From Opitutales bacterium (GTDB lineage: Bacteria > Verrucomicrobiota > Verrucomicrobiia > Opitutales > PNEW01), in NCBI GenBank assembly GCA_965197745.1, contig CBDANS010000007.1, positions 1,984,001 through 2,048,000 on the forward strand: DNA of 64,000 nucleotides. Direction: 5' to 3'. Below, piece by piece: positions 22,195 to 32,674 of the stretch. Both the position numbers and the translations under genes were made by a program. Each line of letters opens with the position of its first letter. Within the stretch, counting starts at the first letter, position 1. A model generated the notes under the pieces. That model saw only the letters and a program-made list of their open reading frames with translations. It was not told the DNA's origin and made no database searches.

Positions 22195-23283
22195 TTAATA
22201 GGTCGTGACCTCAGCACCAGTCTCCAGAAGCCTTTTTCGCATTTCTTCAGGATCCTGGGCCTTTTCTATAGCTTGGTCAGCGTCAATTTGATCGGTATTG
22301 ACCAGGCTCATCAGATGCGCGTCCATGGTTATCATTCCCAATTGTGAACCGGTTTGAATATCCGAAGTAATACGATAAGTTTTGTTATCACGGATAAGGG
22401 CTCCGATCGAAGTCGTAGCTACCATAATTTCAAACCCGGCAATACGCCCTCCCCCATTCTTTTTGCAAAGGACCTGTGAAATAACGGCACCGATAGACGA
22501 TGCAAGTTGGGTGCGTATCTGGTCCTTTGTATGAGAGGGAAAAGCATCAACGATTCTATCGACAGTACGAGCCGCGCCGGTAGTGTGCAGGGTCCCAAAA
22601 ACAAGGTGATCCGTTTCAGCAGCGGTAACCGCGGCTTCAATCGTTTCCAGGTCGCGCATTTCACCGACCAGGATGATATCCGGATCTTGACGTAAAGCGC
22701 CACGTATAGCATCAGAAAAAGACATCACATCGGTGCCTACTTCGCGCTGAGTAACAATGCATTTCTTGTGCCCGTGATAGTATTCAATAGGGTCTTCAAT
22801 AGTAATAATATGCCCATCGCGATTTTCATTCACCCAGTTAATCATCGAGGCGAGGGTCGTTGATTTTCCTTAACCTGTAGGTCCGGTGACAAGAATAAGT
22901 CCGCGCGGACGAACCAGCAAATCCTTCACCATGTCAGGTAACCCTATTTGTCGTAAGCCAAACATATCGTTGGGAATCTGCCGTAGGACAATCCCGTAAT
23001 TACCTTTTGCTTTCATCACGCTCACGCGAAATCGAGCTTTATCGAGGAAAGCAAACCCAAAATCTGCGCCACCGTCGGTTTTTGCTTTTTCCTGATGAAA
23101 ATCAGAAGCGATGGACTGCATCAGCGCTTCTGTATCCGGTGGCGTAAGATTGGGGCCATCAACCGGTGTCATCCCACCTGACATGCGAAGAGTTGGAGAT
23201 TGTCCCACTTGAATATGAAGATCAGAGGCCCCCTGATCCACCATCAATTCCAAAAGTTCATTCATCTCATAACCATTATCCAT
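22195..23283 (-). pseudogene. pilT: Type IV pilus retraction ATPase PilT with in-frame TAA in Walker A (22870-22872)
   Basis: ASDLH, GPTG*GKST, EDPIE, ALRQDPD, GEMRD; both ORF pieces are in the same frame. Confidence 0.9.
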
Positions 23284-23430
23284 GACTTCAACTCCTCTTT
23301 GATTATTTTATCATCACCAGCTAATAAAGAATCGTTTTAATATAAGCCCCTATTGAAAAAGCGCAAGCTTGGAAATAATGTTGAAACATCCTGGATCAAA
23401 GAGCCACTCCATCGGGTTTATTAAGTTAAA

Positions 23431-25077
23431 TTAAGTGTCGTTAACAACCGTAGCTGAGAGCACTTCTTCAAAGGTGGTTATTCCTGCTCTAACCTTTCCT
23501 TTCCCGTCTTCACGCATGGCGCGCATTCCACAGGCTAGTGCTTTATGTCGAAGATCCGCAATTGTCGCCTGCTCATAGATCATCTGTTGAATGGCTTCAT
23601 CCACTACCATTATTTCGAATATTCCGCTACGGCCATAATAGCCAATGCCATGGCAATGGGTACAACCCGTTCCTTTCATAAAAACAGCCGAAGGAATGCG
23701 TCTCTCCATCAATTCAAGCATGCTTAATTCCGCATCAGTTGGTTGATATTGTGCCTTGCACTCTTCACAGTTTAGACGCACCAGTCGTTGAGCCACAACT
23801 CCATGTAAAGAAGCTGAAACAAGAAATGGTTTTATCCCGAAATCTAAAAGCCGCGATATGGCGCTCGGTGCATCATTTGTATGGAGTGTAGAAAATACCA
23901 AATGCCCGGTAAGCGACGCGTTTATGGCAATTTCCGCAGTTTCCATATCTCGAATTTCTCCTATCATGATGATATCAGGTGACTGTTGCAGGATTGCGCG
24001 TAAGGCTGTGGAAAAGCTTATCCCCGTCTGGGAAGCCACTTGGACCTGGTTGACGCCTTTCAATTGGTATTCGACAGGATCTTCTATTGTAATGATCTTG
24101 CGATCGGGATGATTAATGAAATGGAGACAGGAATAAAGGGTTGTCGTTTTACCCGATCCTGTAGGACCGGTAAGCAGGATTAAACCATCGGACTTAGTAA
24201 TAAGGCCTTCAAGTATTTCCCGGTCATCACTGAATAAACCAAGTTCAGAAAGATCAAGACTTTGTCTTTCTCCATCGAGAACACGCATTACCATACTCTC
24301 TCCGTTTGTGGTAGGAATAGTAGAGACACGCAGATCTATTTTTTTACTACCCCTTTTAAATTGGATACGTCCATCCTGCGGAACTCTTTTTTCCGCAATG
24401 CTGATTTTTGCCATGATTTTCAAATGCGCAATAATCGACAACTGGAGTCGTTTGGGCGGGCTTTCTATTTCCCTTAGCACCCCATCAATTCGTAATCGGA
24501 CGCGGAAACGTTTTTCTAATGGTTCCAGGTGTATGTCAGATACCCGCCGTTTAATAGCCTCTGAAATCAGCCAATCTACATATCTGTTAATCGGTGCCGC
24601 CTCACTCTCGAAGTTATTCCTCTCATCGATGTTAATCCCGGTATCCTTATATTGGTCAATGGCTGCAACTGAGACCTTTGGGGAATAAGATCTGCTATTA
24701 CTTCCCGATTGATAACCCCTATAATATTTTACTATGGCTTCATTGATTGCGTGCCTGGGGGCAAGTACCGGCTCAACGGCAACACCGGACAGGTAACTGA
24801 TACTATCCAGTGTTTCGAAATCTATTGGATCGCTAATTGCTATCTCCAGAACCTGCCCCCGTAATCGCAGGGGGAATACACATAATAATTCCGCGAGGTG
24901 GCGAGAAATTAATTGTAATGTCTCGGGAGATGGATCCCATGCTGAAAGATCGAAAACACTCAAGTCATACGCTTCTGCTAATACTTCATTCGCCGCCTGA
25001 GAATTAATATCGTCATTCTCAAAACATTCCTAAGAGCCCAGCTGATTTATGACTGAAGTTCTTATTTATGACCCCAT
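23431..25077 (-). pseudogene. pilB: PilB/GspE ATPase; open from TTG 24963, with an upstream in-frame extension to ATG 25077 containing two stops
   Basis: [30 protein letters not shown] 25066-25068 and TAG 25030-25032 in frame. Confidence 0.7.
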
Positions 25078-25082
25078 AGCTA

Positions 25083-26933
25083 TTAGCGATTCATCGACAT
25101 CAGAAACTCTGCGTTCGATTTTGTTTTACGCACGCGCTGAATCAGCATTTCAACTGCCTCATCTGAAGGCACCCCTTTCATCGCTCTACGCATGGAGTAA
25201 ATTTTTCCTAATTCATCAGGGTGATAAAGCAGCTCCTCCTTGCGAGTGCCACTTCTCTCCATACTGAGTGAGGGAAATACCCGTTTGTCAACGAGTCCAC
25301 GATCGAGATGCAACTCCATGTTTCCTGTTCCTTTGAATTCTTCAAATATGACTTCATCCATTCTGCTGCCGGTATCGATTAGAGCGGTCGCAATTATTGT
25401 CAAGCTACCCCCTCCCTCTATGTTGCGAGCAGAGCCAAAAAAACGTTTTGGTTTTTGGAGAGCGCTGGCTTCAACCCCACCGGATAGTATTTTTCCGCTG
25501 CTGGGCATGAGTGTATTATAAGCGCGGGCGAGACGTGTTATAGAGTCAAGTAGGATTACCACGTGTTGTCCCACTTCTACCAATCGCCTTGATTTTTCTA
25601 TGACCATCTCAGCCGCATGTACATGACTCCAGGCGGTTTCATCAAAAGTTGAACTGATAACTTCCCCCTTAACCTGGCGCTGAAAATCGGTTACCTCTTC
25701 AGGGCGCTCATCAATAAGAAGAACGATAAGATGAACATCCGGATTATTTTGAGCGATGGAATTAGCAATTCCCTGCAGTAATACGGTCTTTCCGGTGCGG
25801 GGCGGAGCGACAATGAGTCCGCGTTGTCCCAATCCGATAGGGGTAAGCAAATCCACAACGCGCATTGAAATATTGTCCCAGGAGACATCTGGATTTGTTT
25901 CAAGGAAAAATCGTTCCAGCGGATAATAGGGAATAAGATCCTCAAAAGGAGTCACTTTACTATTATCTTCCGGGTCTCGACTCATGATTTTATTGATCCG
26001 TAAAGTAAAGGGGCAAGTTTCGTCCTCACGGTGTGGATGCACCTGGGCTTCAACCATATGCCCGCGCAATAATCCGTAACGTTTGATTATAGAAGGCGGG
26101 ACATAAACATTGTGCTGCCTGATTTGGTAATTCTCGTGCTGATACGTGATCAGGCCGTAACCCTCTTCCATGAGCTCAAAGCATCCATTCACGTAGAGCG
26201 GTATCTTCTTTTCGAATCTGTCTTTGAGAATCTCATCAACAAGGAGGGTTCGGTTTGGTGCAGAATCCTGCTCAATGCCTGATGCGCGAGCCTCATCCAC
26301 TAATTGCAGCAAAGGAATTTCGAATAAATTATTAATGAATATAGGTTCGACTTTGCTTGTGGACTGTTCAGCCAGTGCCTCAAGTTCTGTTAAATCGTTA
26401 AATAACTCATACTCGGGCAGACTCCCCACTTTAGGTCCGGCACCACCGTCATAATCATCAAAACTGCCTATTTTACCCCTTCTCTTTTTATTTTGCTTTT
26501 TCGAATATGTCCTGTGTCTTCTGTGCTGGTTCCTTGAAGAATCTTTTCTCCGATCTGATCGCCCCCCTCGTCCATCACTGCGTTCATCATTTCCTCGGTT
26601 TCCACGCTCTTCTCTTGTATTTAAACCACCGGAACGACGACCATGGCTCGAGTCTTCATCGGTTTCACGATTGTTTGACTGCGATTTCCCATCTTTCATT
26701 GGGGCTTCACCCGCAGTGCTAGCCGAATGATCACGGTTATAATCATTTGCAGAATCCGAATCCCCTTTGCCGTCACCAGGGTGCTTATTAGAATTTTCAG
26801 TACCCTGCCTTTCCTTAGTCCTGCCGGCGACGACTTTTTTACGAACATTCGATGGCCTTATGGATGCTTTCACTTCGCTGGCACCCGGATCGTCGGACTG
26901 AGCGAGAGAATCTTCATCTTCAGTATTGGACAT
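25083..26933 (-). CDS. rho: Transcription termination factor Rho with long low-complexity N-terminal extension
   Basis: [50 protein letters not shown]. Confidence 0.96.
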   Translation of the reverse strand: MSNTEDEDSLAQSDDPGASEVKASIRPSNVRKKVVAGRTKERQGTENSNKHPGDGKGDSDSANDYNRDHSASTAGEAPMKDGKSQSNNRETDEDSSHGRRSGGLNTREERGNRGNDERSDGRGGRSDRRKDSSRNQHRRHRTYSKKQNKKRRGKIGSFDDYDGGAGPKVGSLPEYELFNDLTELEALAEQSTSKVEPIFINNLFEIPLLQLVDEARASGIEQDSAPNRTLLVDEILKDRFEKKIPLYVNGCFELMEEGYGLITYQHENYQIRQHNVYVPPSIIKRYGLLRGHMVEAQVHPHREDETCPFTLRINKIMSRDPEDNSKVTPFEDLIPYYPLERFFLETNPDVSWDNISMRVVDLLTPIGLGQRGLIVAPPRTGKTVLLQGIANSIAQNNPDVHLIVLLIDERPEEVTDFQRQVKGEVISSTFDETAWSHVHAAEMVIEKSRRLVEVGQHVVILLDSITRLARAYNTLMPSSGKILSGGVEASALQKPKRFFGSARNIEGGGSLTIIATALIDTGSRMDEVIFEEFKGTGNMELHLDRGLVDKRVFPSLSMERSGTRKEELLYHPDELGKIYSMRRAMKGVPSDEAVEMLIQRVRKTKSNAEFLMSMNR

Positions 26934-27012
26934 GACAGTGGACTTTGTGAAATACCCCTATTTATCACTAAGAGAAATTAAAGACCTGGTATGGGGTGTA
27001 AGCGAAAATAAC

Positions 27013-27594
27013 TTAGGGATGGTTGAGGTGATGGCAGAGTCTGTTAACCTGCTTATGCAGAAAATCTATGTTTCCGTTATTGGTAAGAACAAAATCAGCG
27101 CGTTCGATTTTATCAACCGTTGGTAATTGATTGGCAATTCGGGCTTTTGCATCGCCCTCATCGAAACCACGCTCCCTTAATCTTTTGACCTGAAGCGGAA
27201 TACTCGCACTTATACAAACAGTAAAATCGAAGCGTTTTTCAAGCTTTTTTTCAAAAAGCAGCGGAATTTCGACCACCCACAAAGAATCGGGTTTTTCATC
27301 CATCAGGGATTGACTGATCGCTCCTACTCTTGGATGGAGCAGTTTTTCCAACCAAGCCAGTTTTTCGGCGTCATTAAAGACAATTTGGGCAAGGCTCTTT
27401 CGATCAATTTCACCCCCATCATTGATCACCCCAGAGCCAAAATGACCACGTATAGCATTTTGCACCTCTTTATCGCTTTTAAGGAGGTCTTTAACCAGGC
27501 TATCGCTATCTATGACTTCGGCGCCGTTTTCTTGAAAAAACTTCAACGCCGTTGATTTGCCACACCCTATAGAACCTGTTAACCCAAGACGCAT
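27013..27594 (-). CDS. coaE: Dephospho-CoA kinase
   Basis: GLTGSIGCGKS, IDRKSLA..VF, EIPLLFE. Confidence 0.93.
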   Translation of the reverse strand: MRLGLTGSIGCGKSTALKFFQENGAEVIDSDSLVKDLLKSDKEVQNAIRGHFGSGVINDGGEIDRKSLAQIVFNDAEKLAWLEKLLHPRVGAISQSLMDEKPDSLWVVEIPLLFEKKLEKRFDFTVCISASIPLQVKRLRERGFDEGDAKARIANQLPTVDKIERADFVLTNNGNIDFLHKQVNRLCHHLNHP

Positions 27595-28014
27595 AATAAA
27601 GGAATCTCTAAAATGGTAATAATTGATCTCATAGAATCACGGGTGGGGAATTGAAAAGGGTATTTATTGTTATCAATAAAAAGAAAAAGCATCGATAGTC
27701 TCTTTACAAAGAGCCACCCGATTAATTATTGCCTCTTAACAATAATTCTCTGAATTTAAGCAATAATTTCGTAAAATATAGCTTAAGTAGCCAGGTATCG
27801 TCAAGGGCTTTCACCCGTTTGCATGGCTCTGGCCAGAGCAAAAAACATAAAGGAAACCTCAAAGAATAGCGGTATTTAAATTAAATTAATTTCGGTCAGT
27901 ATAGATTAATCGACACTAATTGTTTTCTATAAGTAAAAGTTTTCAAATAACGCTATTTCTAAACCCATCATCAAGCAATAACAGCTACATACGGTTGCAT
28001 ATTATAAATTCAAA

Positions 28015-28236
28015 ATGAGTAATCCAAATCCAAAACCCGGTTCATTACGCCAGCTCATTCACGATCTCAACGGTCAATTATTTCTCATTCGCGGCAACCT
28101 GGATTTAATTCATCTACAAATAAAAGACACCCCTCTGATAGGTGATAACTATGAAAAGATTCAGGAGGGTTTAAATGAAGTGGAAGCTATCTCAAAAAAG
28201 ATGCGTGTCCGACAACAGGAGTTGGAACCTTCCTGA
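28015..28236 (+). CDS. Small stand-alone HisKA-like (DHp) protein
   Basis: H-box-like LIHDLNGQLFLIRGNLDL followed by a second amphipathic helix; 73 aa. Confidence 0.5.
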   Translation: MSNPNPKPGSLRQLIHDLNGQLFLIRGNLDLIHLQIKDTPLIGDNYEKIQEGLNEVEAISKKMRVRQQELEPS

Positions 28237-28323
28237 GACATAACCCTCTATCCAGGAAACGCTTCTAACGCATATTTTATAATCGGGTCCCTTGTTCACG
28301 CACAGCCAATAATCGTTTATTGT

Positions 28324-30243
28324 ATGAATAAAAGAAAAAGCAGTTCATTGTCTGAAGCAGAACAATTTGAAAAAATTAAAACAAGGGTATACGCCAGCGC
28401 TAATTTGGCCTGCCGGGGGATTGCTAGAGAAATTGAAACCCTCATTCGTGATAAAACGGAAAAAGGAAAGTCGACCGTCCTGGGGCTGGCCACCGGTTCG
28501 ACACCAGTCTCTCTATACCGGGAGTTGATAAAACTTCATACAGAAGAAGGGTTGAGTTTCAAAAACGTGCATACTTTTAACCTCGATGAATATTATCCCA
28601 TCGAGAAGCATCATCGGGAAAGCTACTTTCGCTATATGCATGAGCAGTTTTTTAAACATCTCGATATACCGGAAAGTAATATTCACATACCTGACGGCAG
28701 CATGACACGCCAGGCGGTCTTCGAAACCTGCCAGGACTACGAAAACACAATTACCTCCGTTGGAGGTATTGATTTGCAGATTCTCGGTATTGGACGCACC
28801 GGCCACATCGGATTTAATGAACCGGGTTCGATGCGCGAATCAGTAACCCGCCTCGTCTCGATCGACCGCATGACCCGTCTCGATGCGGCACGTGATTTTC
28901 TAGGTGAAGAAAGTGTTCCACGCTATAGCATCACTATGGGTATAGGGACTATCCTTAAAGCGCGTAAATTAATCCTCATGGCTTGGGGCGAAGCCAAATC
29001 CAGAATCATTGCCCGGGCAGTGGAAGGACCGGTTACCGAGACTTTGCCCGCTTCATTTATTCAAGAACATCCCAATGCACGATTCATAATCGATGAAGCC
29101 GCTGCTGCAGAATTAACACGGATACAGCATCCATGGTTAGTGGGAAACGTCTCTTGGACACCATCGCTGGCACGCCATGCGGTGGTATGGCTCAGCCATA
29201 AAGTTAAAAAACCTGTTCTCAAGCTGGTTGATGAAGAGTACAGTGAAAATGGAATGGCAGAATTACTCACTGAACAGGGCCCTGCGTATAATCTCAATAT
29301 TCGAATCTTTAATGAGTTGCAGCACACCATTACCGGTTGGCCCGGTGGCAAACCGAATGCCGATGATTCGAGTCGACCGGAACGGGCTCAACCATTCCCC
29401 AAACGAATTGTAATTTTCAGTCCCGAACCACAGGATGATGTATTATTTATGGGCGGCACACTGCACCGCTTAGTGCAACAAGGGCATAAAGTTGAAGTTG
29501 TTTATCAGACCTCAGGAAATCTCGCCGTTCCTGACGAGGAAGCGATTAAATTTGCGGAATTCCTAATCGACAGTGACGCTAAACCCAAATCCAGTGGACA
29601 GGGAAAATTTGCCCACCAGGTTCTTAAGGCATTGGAAGAAAAAGGAGATTTCGGCATAGATCCACCTGATTTGCGGCACATTAAAGCCATGATTAGACGG
29701 GGAGAAGCGCGTGCCGCTTGTCGCGTATGTAACCTGCCGCCGAAAAATATCCATTTTCTTGATATGCCGTTTTACGAACAGGGGCGTTACCGTCAGTTCA
29801 CCCTTAACCAAAAAGACAACGAGAAGGTGTTAAAATTACTCAATAAAATTAAACCGCATCAAATTTATGCAACAGGGGGGCAAGCTGATCCCAATTCCGT
29901 TCAATATCTTTGTTTTGAATCTATTTGTCAGACCTTTAATCACCTTTCTCATTCTGAATGGGTAGACGAATGCTATGTATGGCTTTATCGGGGGCCAGAC
30001 AAAGAATGGTTGATTGATGAAATTGAAATGGCTGTACCCTTAAGTCCTGATGAACTGGCAACGAAAATAAAAGCCATATACCAGCACGAATCACAGAAGA
30101 GCCAATCGCCACACTCTGAGGAAAATCTGAGAGAATTTTGGCAGCAGGCGGAATCCCGCAATCAGGCAACCGCTCATATATACGATAGTTTAGGGTTCGC
30201 GGAATACGAAGCCATCGAAGCTTTTAAACGCTGGCATCCTTGA
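28324..30243 (+). CDS. nagB: Glucosamine-6-phosphate deaminase fused to a PIG-L/LmbE-like domain
   Basis: LGLATGSTP, FNLDEYYP, GIGRTGHIGFNEPGS; C-terminal TITGWPGGKP and deacetylase-like domain. Confidence 0.9.
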   Translation: MNKRKSSSLSEAEQFEKIKTRVYASANLACRGIAREIETLIRDKTEKGKSTVLGLATGSTPVSLYRELIKLHTEEGLSFKNVHTFNLDEYYPIEKHHRESYFRYMHEQFFKHLDIPESNIHIPDGSMTRQAVFETCQDYENTITSVGGIDLQILGIGRTGHIGFNEPGSMRESVTRLVSIDRMTRLDAARDFLGEESVPRYSITMGIGTILKARKLILMAWGEAKSRIIARAVEGPVTETLPASFIQEHPNARFIIDEAAAAELTRIQHPWLVGNVSWTPSLARHAVVWLSHKVKKPVLKLVDEEYSENGMAELLTEQGPAYNLNIRIFNELQHTITGWPGGKPNADDSSRPERAQPFPKRIVIFSPEPQDDVLFMGGTLHRLVQQGHKVEVVYQTSGNLAVPDEEAIKFAEFLIDSDAKPKSSGQGKFAHQVLKALEEKGDFGIDPPDLRHIKAMIRRGEARAACRVCNLPPKNIHFLDMPFYEQGRYRQFTLNQKDNEKVLKLLNKIKPHQIYATGGQADPNSVQYLCFESICQTFNHLSHSEWVDECYVWLYRGPDKEWLIDEIEMAVPLSPDELATKIKAIYQHESQKSQSPHSEENLREFWQQAESRNQATAHIYDSLGFAEYEAIEAFKRWHP

Positions 30244-30293
30244 TATCATCTGTGACGCAACGCGGTATAAGGGACAGCTGGTTCAAAGCATAA

Positions 30294-30402
30294 GGTTGAG
30301 CGCCGGAGCTGGGAATTAAGTGAGTCTGTTTTATGTCGTATCAAATATACAGGAAAATTTAGACTCATGACGCGAAATGTAAGGCACAGGGGCAGCTCAA
30401 CC
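30294..30402. repeat. Inverted-repeat (REPIN-like) element
   Basis: GGTTGAGCGCC/GGCAGCTCAACC outer arms and inner TGAGTCT/AGACTCA arms. Confidence 0.4.
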
Positions 30403-30457
30403 CATTAACCACTATCCGCTTAAAGCTTAGTATATTGCGCTTTGAGCCTATCCATTT

Positions 30458-31180
30458 ATGAGCGAGTCGTACCCCTCTCCGCTGCGGCTGAGAGATATAG
30501 CAGTAAGTGAACGCCCACAGGAACGTTTAGAGAAATATGGCGCAACTTCACTGAGTGATACAGAATTATTAGCGATGATCCTGCGTAGTGGGAGTAAAAA
30601 CAGGAATGTTCTGGCCCTGTCCACCCACATTATTGCAGAGGCAGGATCACTTGCCGGTCTTCTCACCTGGAGGGAATCCGATTTTAGTAAAATGACCGGT
30701 ATCGGCAAAATTAAAGCTTTGCAATGCATGACAGTTATGGAAATTGCGCGTCGAATCCTTTCACATAATCCTAATACAGAGCCAACTTTCAATTCTCCCG
30801 ATGCGGTCTTTGAGCATTTTCGACCTATTACCGCAGGTATAGAAGTCGAGAAATTCTGGGTCCTTTGTCTGAACCGTAAAAACCGCCTTATCAAACGCGT
30901 GGAAACAACTTCAGGCACCGCTAACAGCAGCCTTGTTCACCCGAGGGAAGTCTTTCGTGAAGCCATATATTATAGTGCCTCTGCCATTATTTGTGTGCAC
31001 AATCATCCCAGTGGTGACCCTTCGCCGAGCAGTGCCGATATTCGCATTACCCGCCAACTCAAAGAAGCTTCAAAAGTCCTCTCCATTGACTTGCTTGATC
31101 ATATTGTCGTTGGGCAAGTAGCTGCGGATCCTAACGGAAACGGATTTTATAGCTTTGTTGAAGCAGGTCTTATTTCATAA
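30458..31180 (+). CDS. radC: RadC (JAB domain) protein
   Basis: ERPQERL, VHPREVF, HNHPSGDPSPSSAD, LLDH. Confidence 0.93.
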   Translation: MSESYPSPLRLRDIAVSERPQERLEKYGATSLSDTELLAMILRSGSKNRNVLALSTHIIAEAGSLAGLLTWRESDFSKMTGIGKIKALQCMTVMEIARRILSHNPNTEPTFNSPDAVFEHFRPITAGIEVEKFWVLCLNRKNRLIKRVETTSGTANSSLVHPREVFREAIYYSASAIICVHNHPSGDPSPSSADIRITRQLKEASKVLSIDLLDHIVVGQVAADPNGNGFYSFVEAGLIS

Positions 31181-31251
31181 CCCTCTGCATAATCCTGCAC
31201 CAAATTAAATAAAAAATCTTCGTCTGCCTCTGCCTCTTGTAGGTTACCCCG

Positions 31252-31543
31252 CGATGATAAGACAACCTTTTGAGTCCTTCCGAGAATGGGTCATCGTAAC
31301 ACGTCGGAGGAAGGACTGGAAAAAGCTTTCAACAGTGTCTACGGTTGAGAGTGCCAGGAACTCCCGACTCCTAATAAGAGGAGCCGGGAGCAAATCGGAA
31401 GAGTTCATTCTGCCTCTGGAACCCGCGTTAGCGGAGTTCAAGACGAAGCCTGGGAACTTCCGATCTAACCTGGCTAATCTCAAACAATTGAAAGAGCCCG
31501 GATTATACCCCCGCGAGCTCATCTTGACAAGACCGAGATAGCC
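31252..31543 (+). ncRNA. Putative IS110 bridge RNA with target- and donor-binding loops
   Basis: LTG TCTGCCTCT 31409-31417, RTG GACGAAG 31442-31448, LDG ACAATTG 31484-31490, RDG ACAAG 31527-31531, each in an internal loop closed by stems; 5' end inferred from the junction promoter. Confidence 0.85.
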
Positions 31544-32476
31544 ATGAATGAAAAAAAACACACCCTCATCGCCATAGATATAGCCAAAAACACCTTGCAA
31601 GTGCAAAGTGCAGAGCAAAGTTACGCTCTAAGCAACGACAAGTCGGGACTCAAAGAACTGCTCAAAGCCATAGGAAAGATGGATGCCCCCTTTGTGGTGT
31701 GCGAAGCCACAGGAGGCTACGAGCGCGCCTTGTTGAGCGCTTTGCATGAAGCGCAGATTGTGGTGTGCCTGATTAATCCTGCGCGCGTACGGGCCTTCGC
31801 CACGAGCGATGGCATCCGTGCAAAGACCGATAAGATCGATGCCAAGGTATTGCTGCGCTTTGCTCAGCAAAAGCAGTTGTCCCCAACAGCTCCCCCGACA
31901 CCCGAACAGCAACAGATGACTGCTTTACTGGATCGACGCCATCATCTGAGCGAACAGCTTGGCCGCGAGAAGAACCGCTTGCAGAACAGTCCCAAGAGCA
32001 TCCACCTTTCCATCCAACGCATGATCCGTTTCGTTGAGAACGAAATCGATCGCATCGACAAACAGCTGCGATTGCTCATCAACGAGAATGATCCACTGCG
32101 TGCGAAAGCCGAACTTATCGCTTCAGTCAAAGGAGTCGGTGAAGTGACGACTTGGACCCTCCTGGCTTATATGAGCGAAATGACTCATCTGGGCCGCAAT
32201 CAGTTGGTCGCTCTTGCCGGTCTGGCTCCCTATAATCGTGACAGTGGCAAGACCCATTCTAAGCGATCGATAAAAGGAGGTCGTGCCAAAGTCAGAAAAT
32301 GTCTCTATATGGCTGCTCGCACCGCGGCTCAACATAACCCCGTGATCAAACCTTATGTGCAGAGGTTAGTCGATCGGGGAATACCTTACAAATGTGCTCT
32401 CGTTGCGGCCATGAGAAAACTCCTTATTCATCTGCAGTCCCTTCTTAAAAAACATCAATTAGCTCTTGCTTCATGA
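31544..32476 (+). CDS. IS110 recombinase/transposase (DEDD RuvC-like plus Tnp20 domain)
   Basis: IDIAK, CEATG, KTDKID (DEDD); AGLAP...DSG serine motif; intact 310 aa. Confidence 0.95.
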   Translation: MNEKKHTLIAIDIAKNTLQVQSAEQSYALSNDKSGLKELLKAIGKMDAPFVVCEATGGYERALLSALHEAQIVVCLINPARVRAFATSDGIRAKTDKIDAKVLLRFAQQKQLSPTAPPTPEQQQMTALLDRRHHLSEQLGREKNRLQNSPKSIHLSIQRMIRFVENEIDRIDKQLRLLINENDPLRAKAELIASVKGVGEVTTWTLLAYMSEMTHLGRNQLVALAGLAPYNRDSGKTHSKRSIKGGRAKVRKCLYMAARTAAQHNPVIKPYVQRLVDRGIPYKCALVAAMRKLLIHLQSLLKKHQLALAS

Positions 32477-32674
32477 CACAATTGCTTCGTCCTCCCAGGT
32501 ATTTACAATAATATCAAGGTAGAACACGCTGCCTGACGGCCATAAACTTTGCGACGGCTGTTCCCTAGTGCGTTTATAGATGATAGCGCTACCGAGTCTC
32601 GCCACTTCGAGACAACATCTTCCAAAAGCACAAGAGACACAAAAAAGATCTTTAAGAAGTAGAAATACTCTTAT

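Larger units (their letters stand above)
31238..32486 (+). mobile_element. IS110-family insertion sequence (IS621-like), CT core duplicated, no terminal inverted repeats
   Basis: Left junction TCTGCCT-CT|TGTAGG (core 31236-31237); right junction ACAATTG-CT|TCGTC (core 32485-32486); long left end and 10-bp right end. Confidence 0.9.

Noticed and set aside
910..22872. Stop-codon recoding suggested by in-frame stops in yjbQ (TAG) and pilT (TAA)
   Set aside because: They are different codons at different residues (Trp, Ser), each one substitution from the sense codon, and all three stops terminate normal genes here.
27595..28014. Riboswitch or sRNA in the long AT-rich coaE-HisKA gap
   Set aside because: Only small hairpins were seen and no known aptamer consensus was recognised; an Rfam scan would be needed.
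31254..31541. 95-aa ORF upstream of the IS110 recombinase
   Set aside because: It overlaps the structured bridge-RNA region, has no recognisable protein features, and is better explained as ncRNA.
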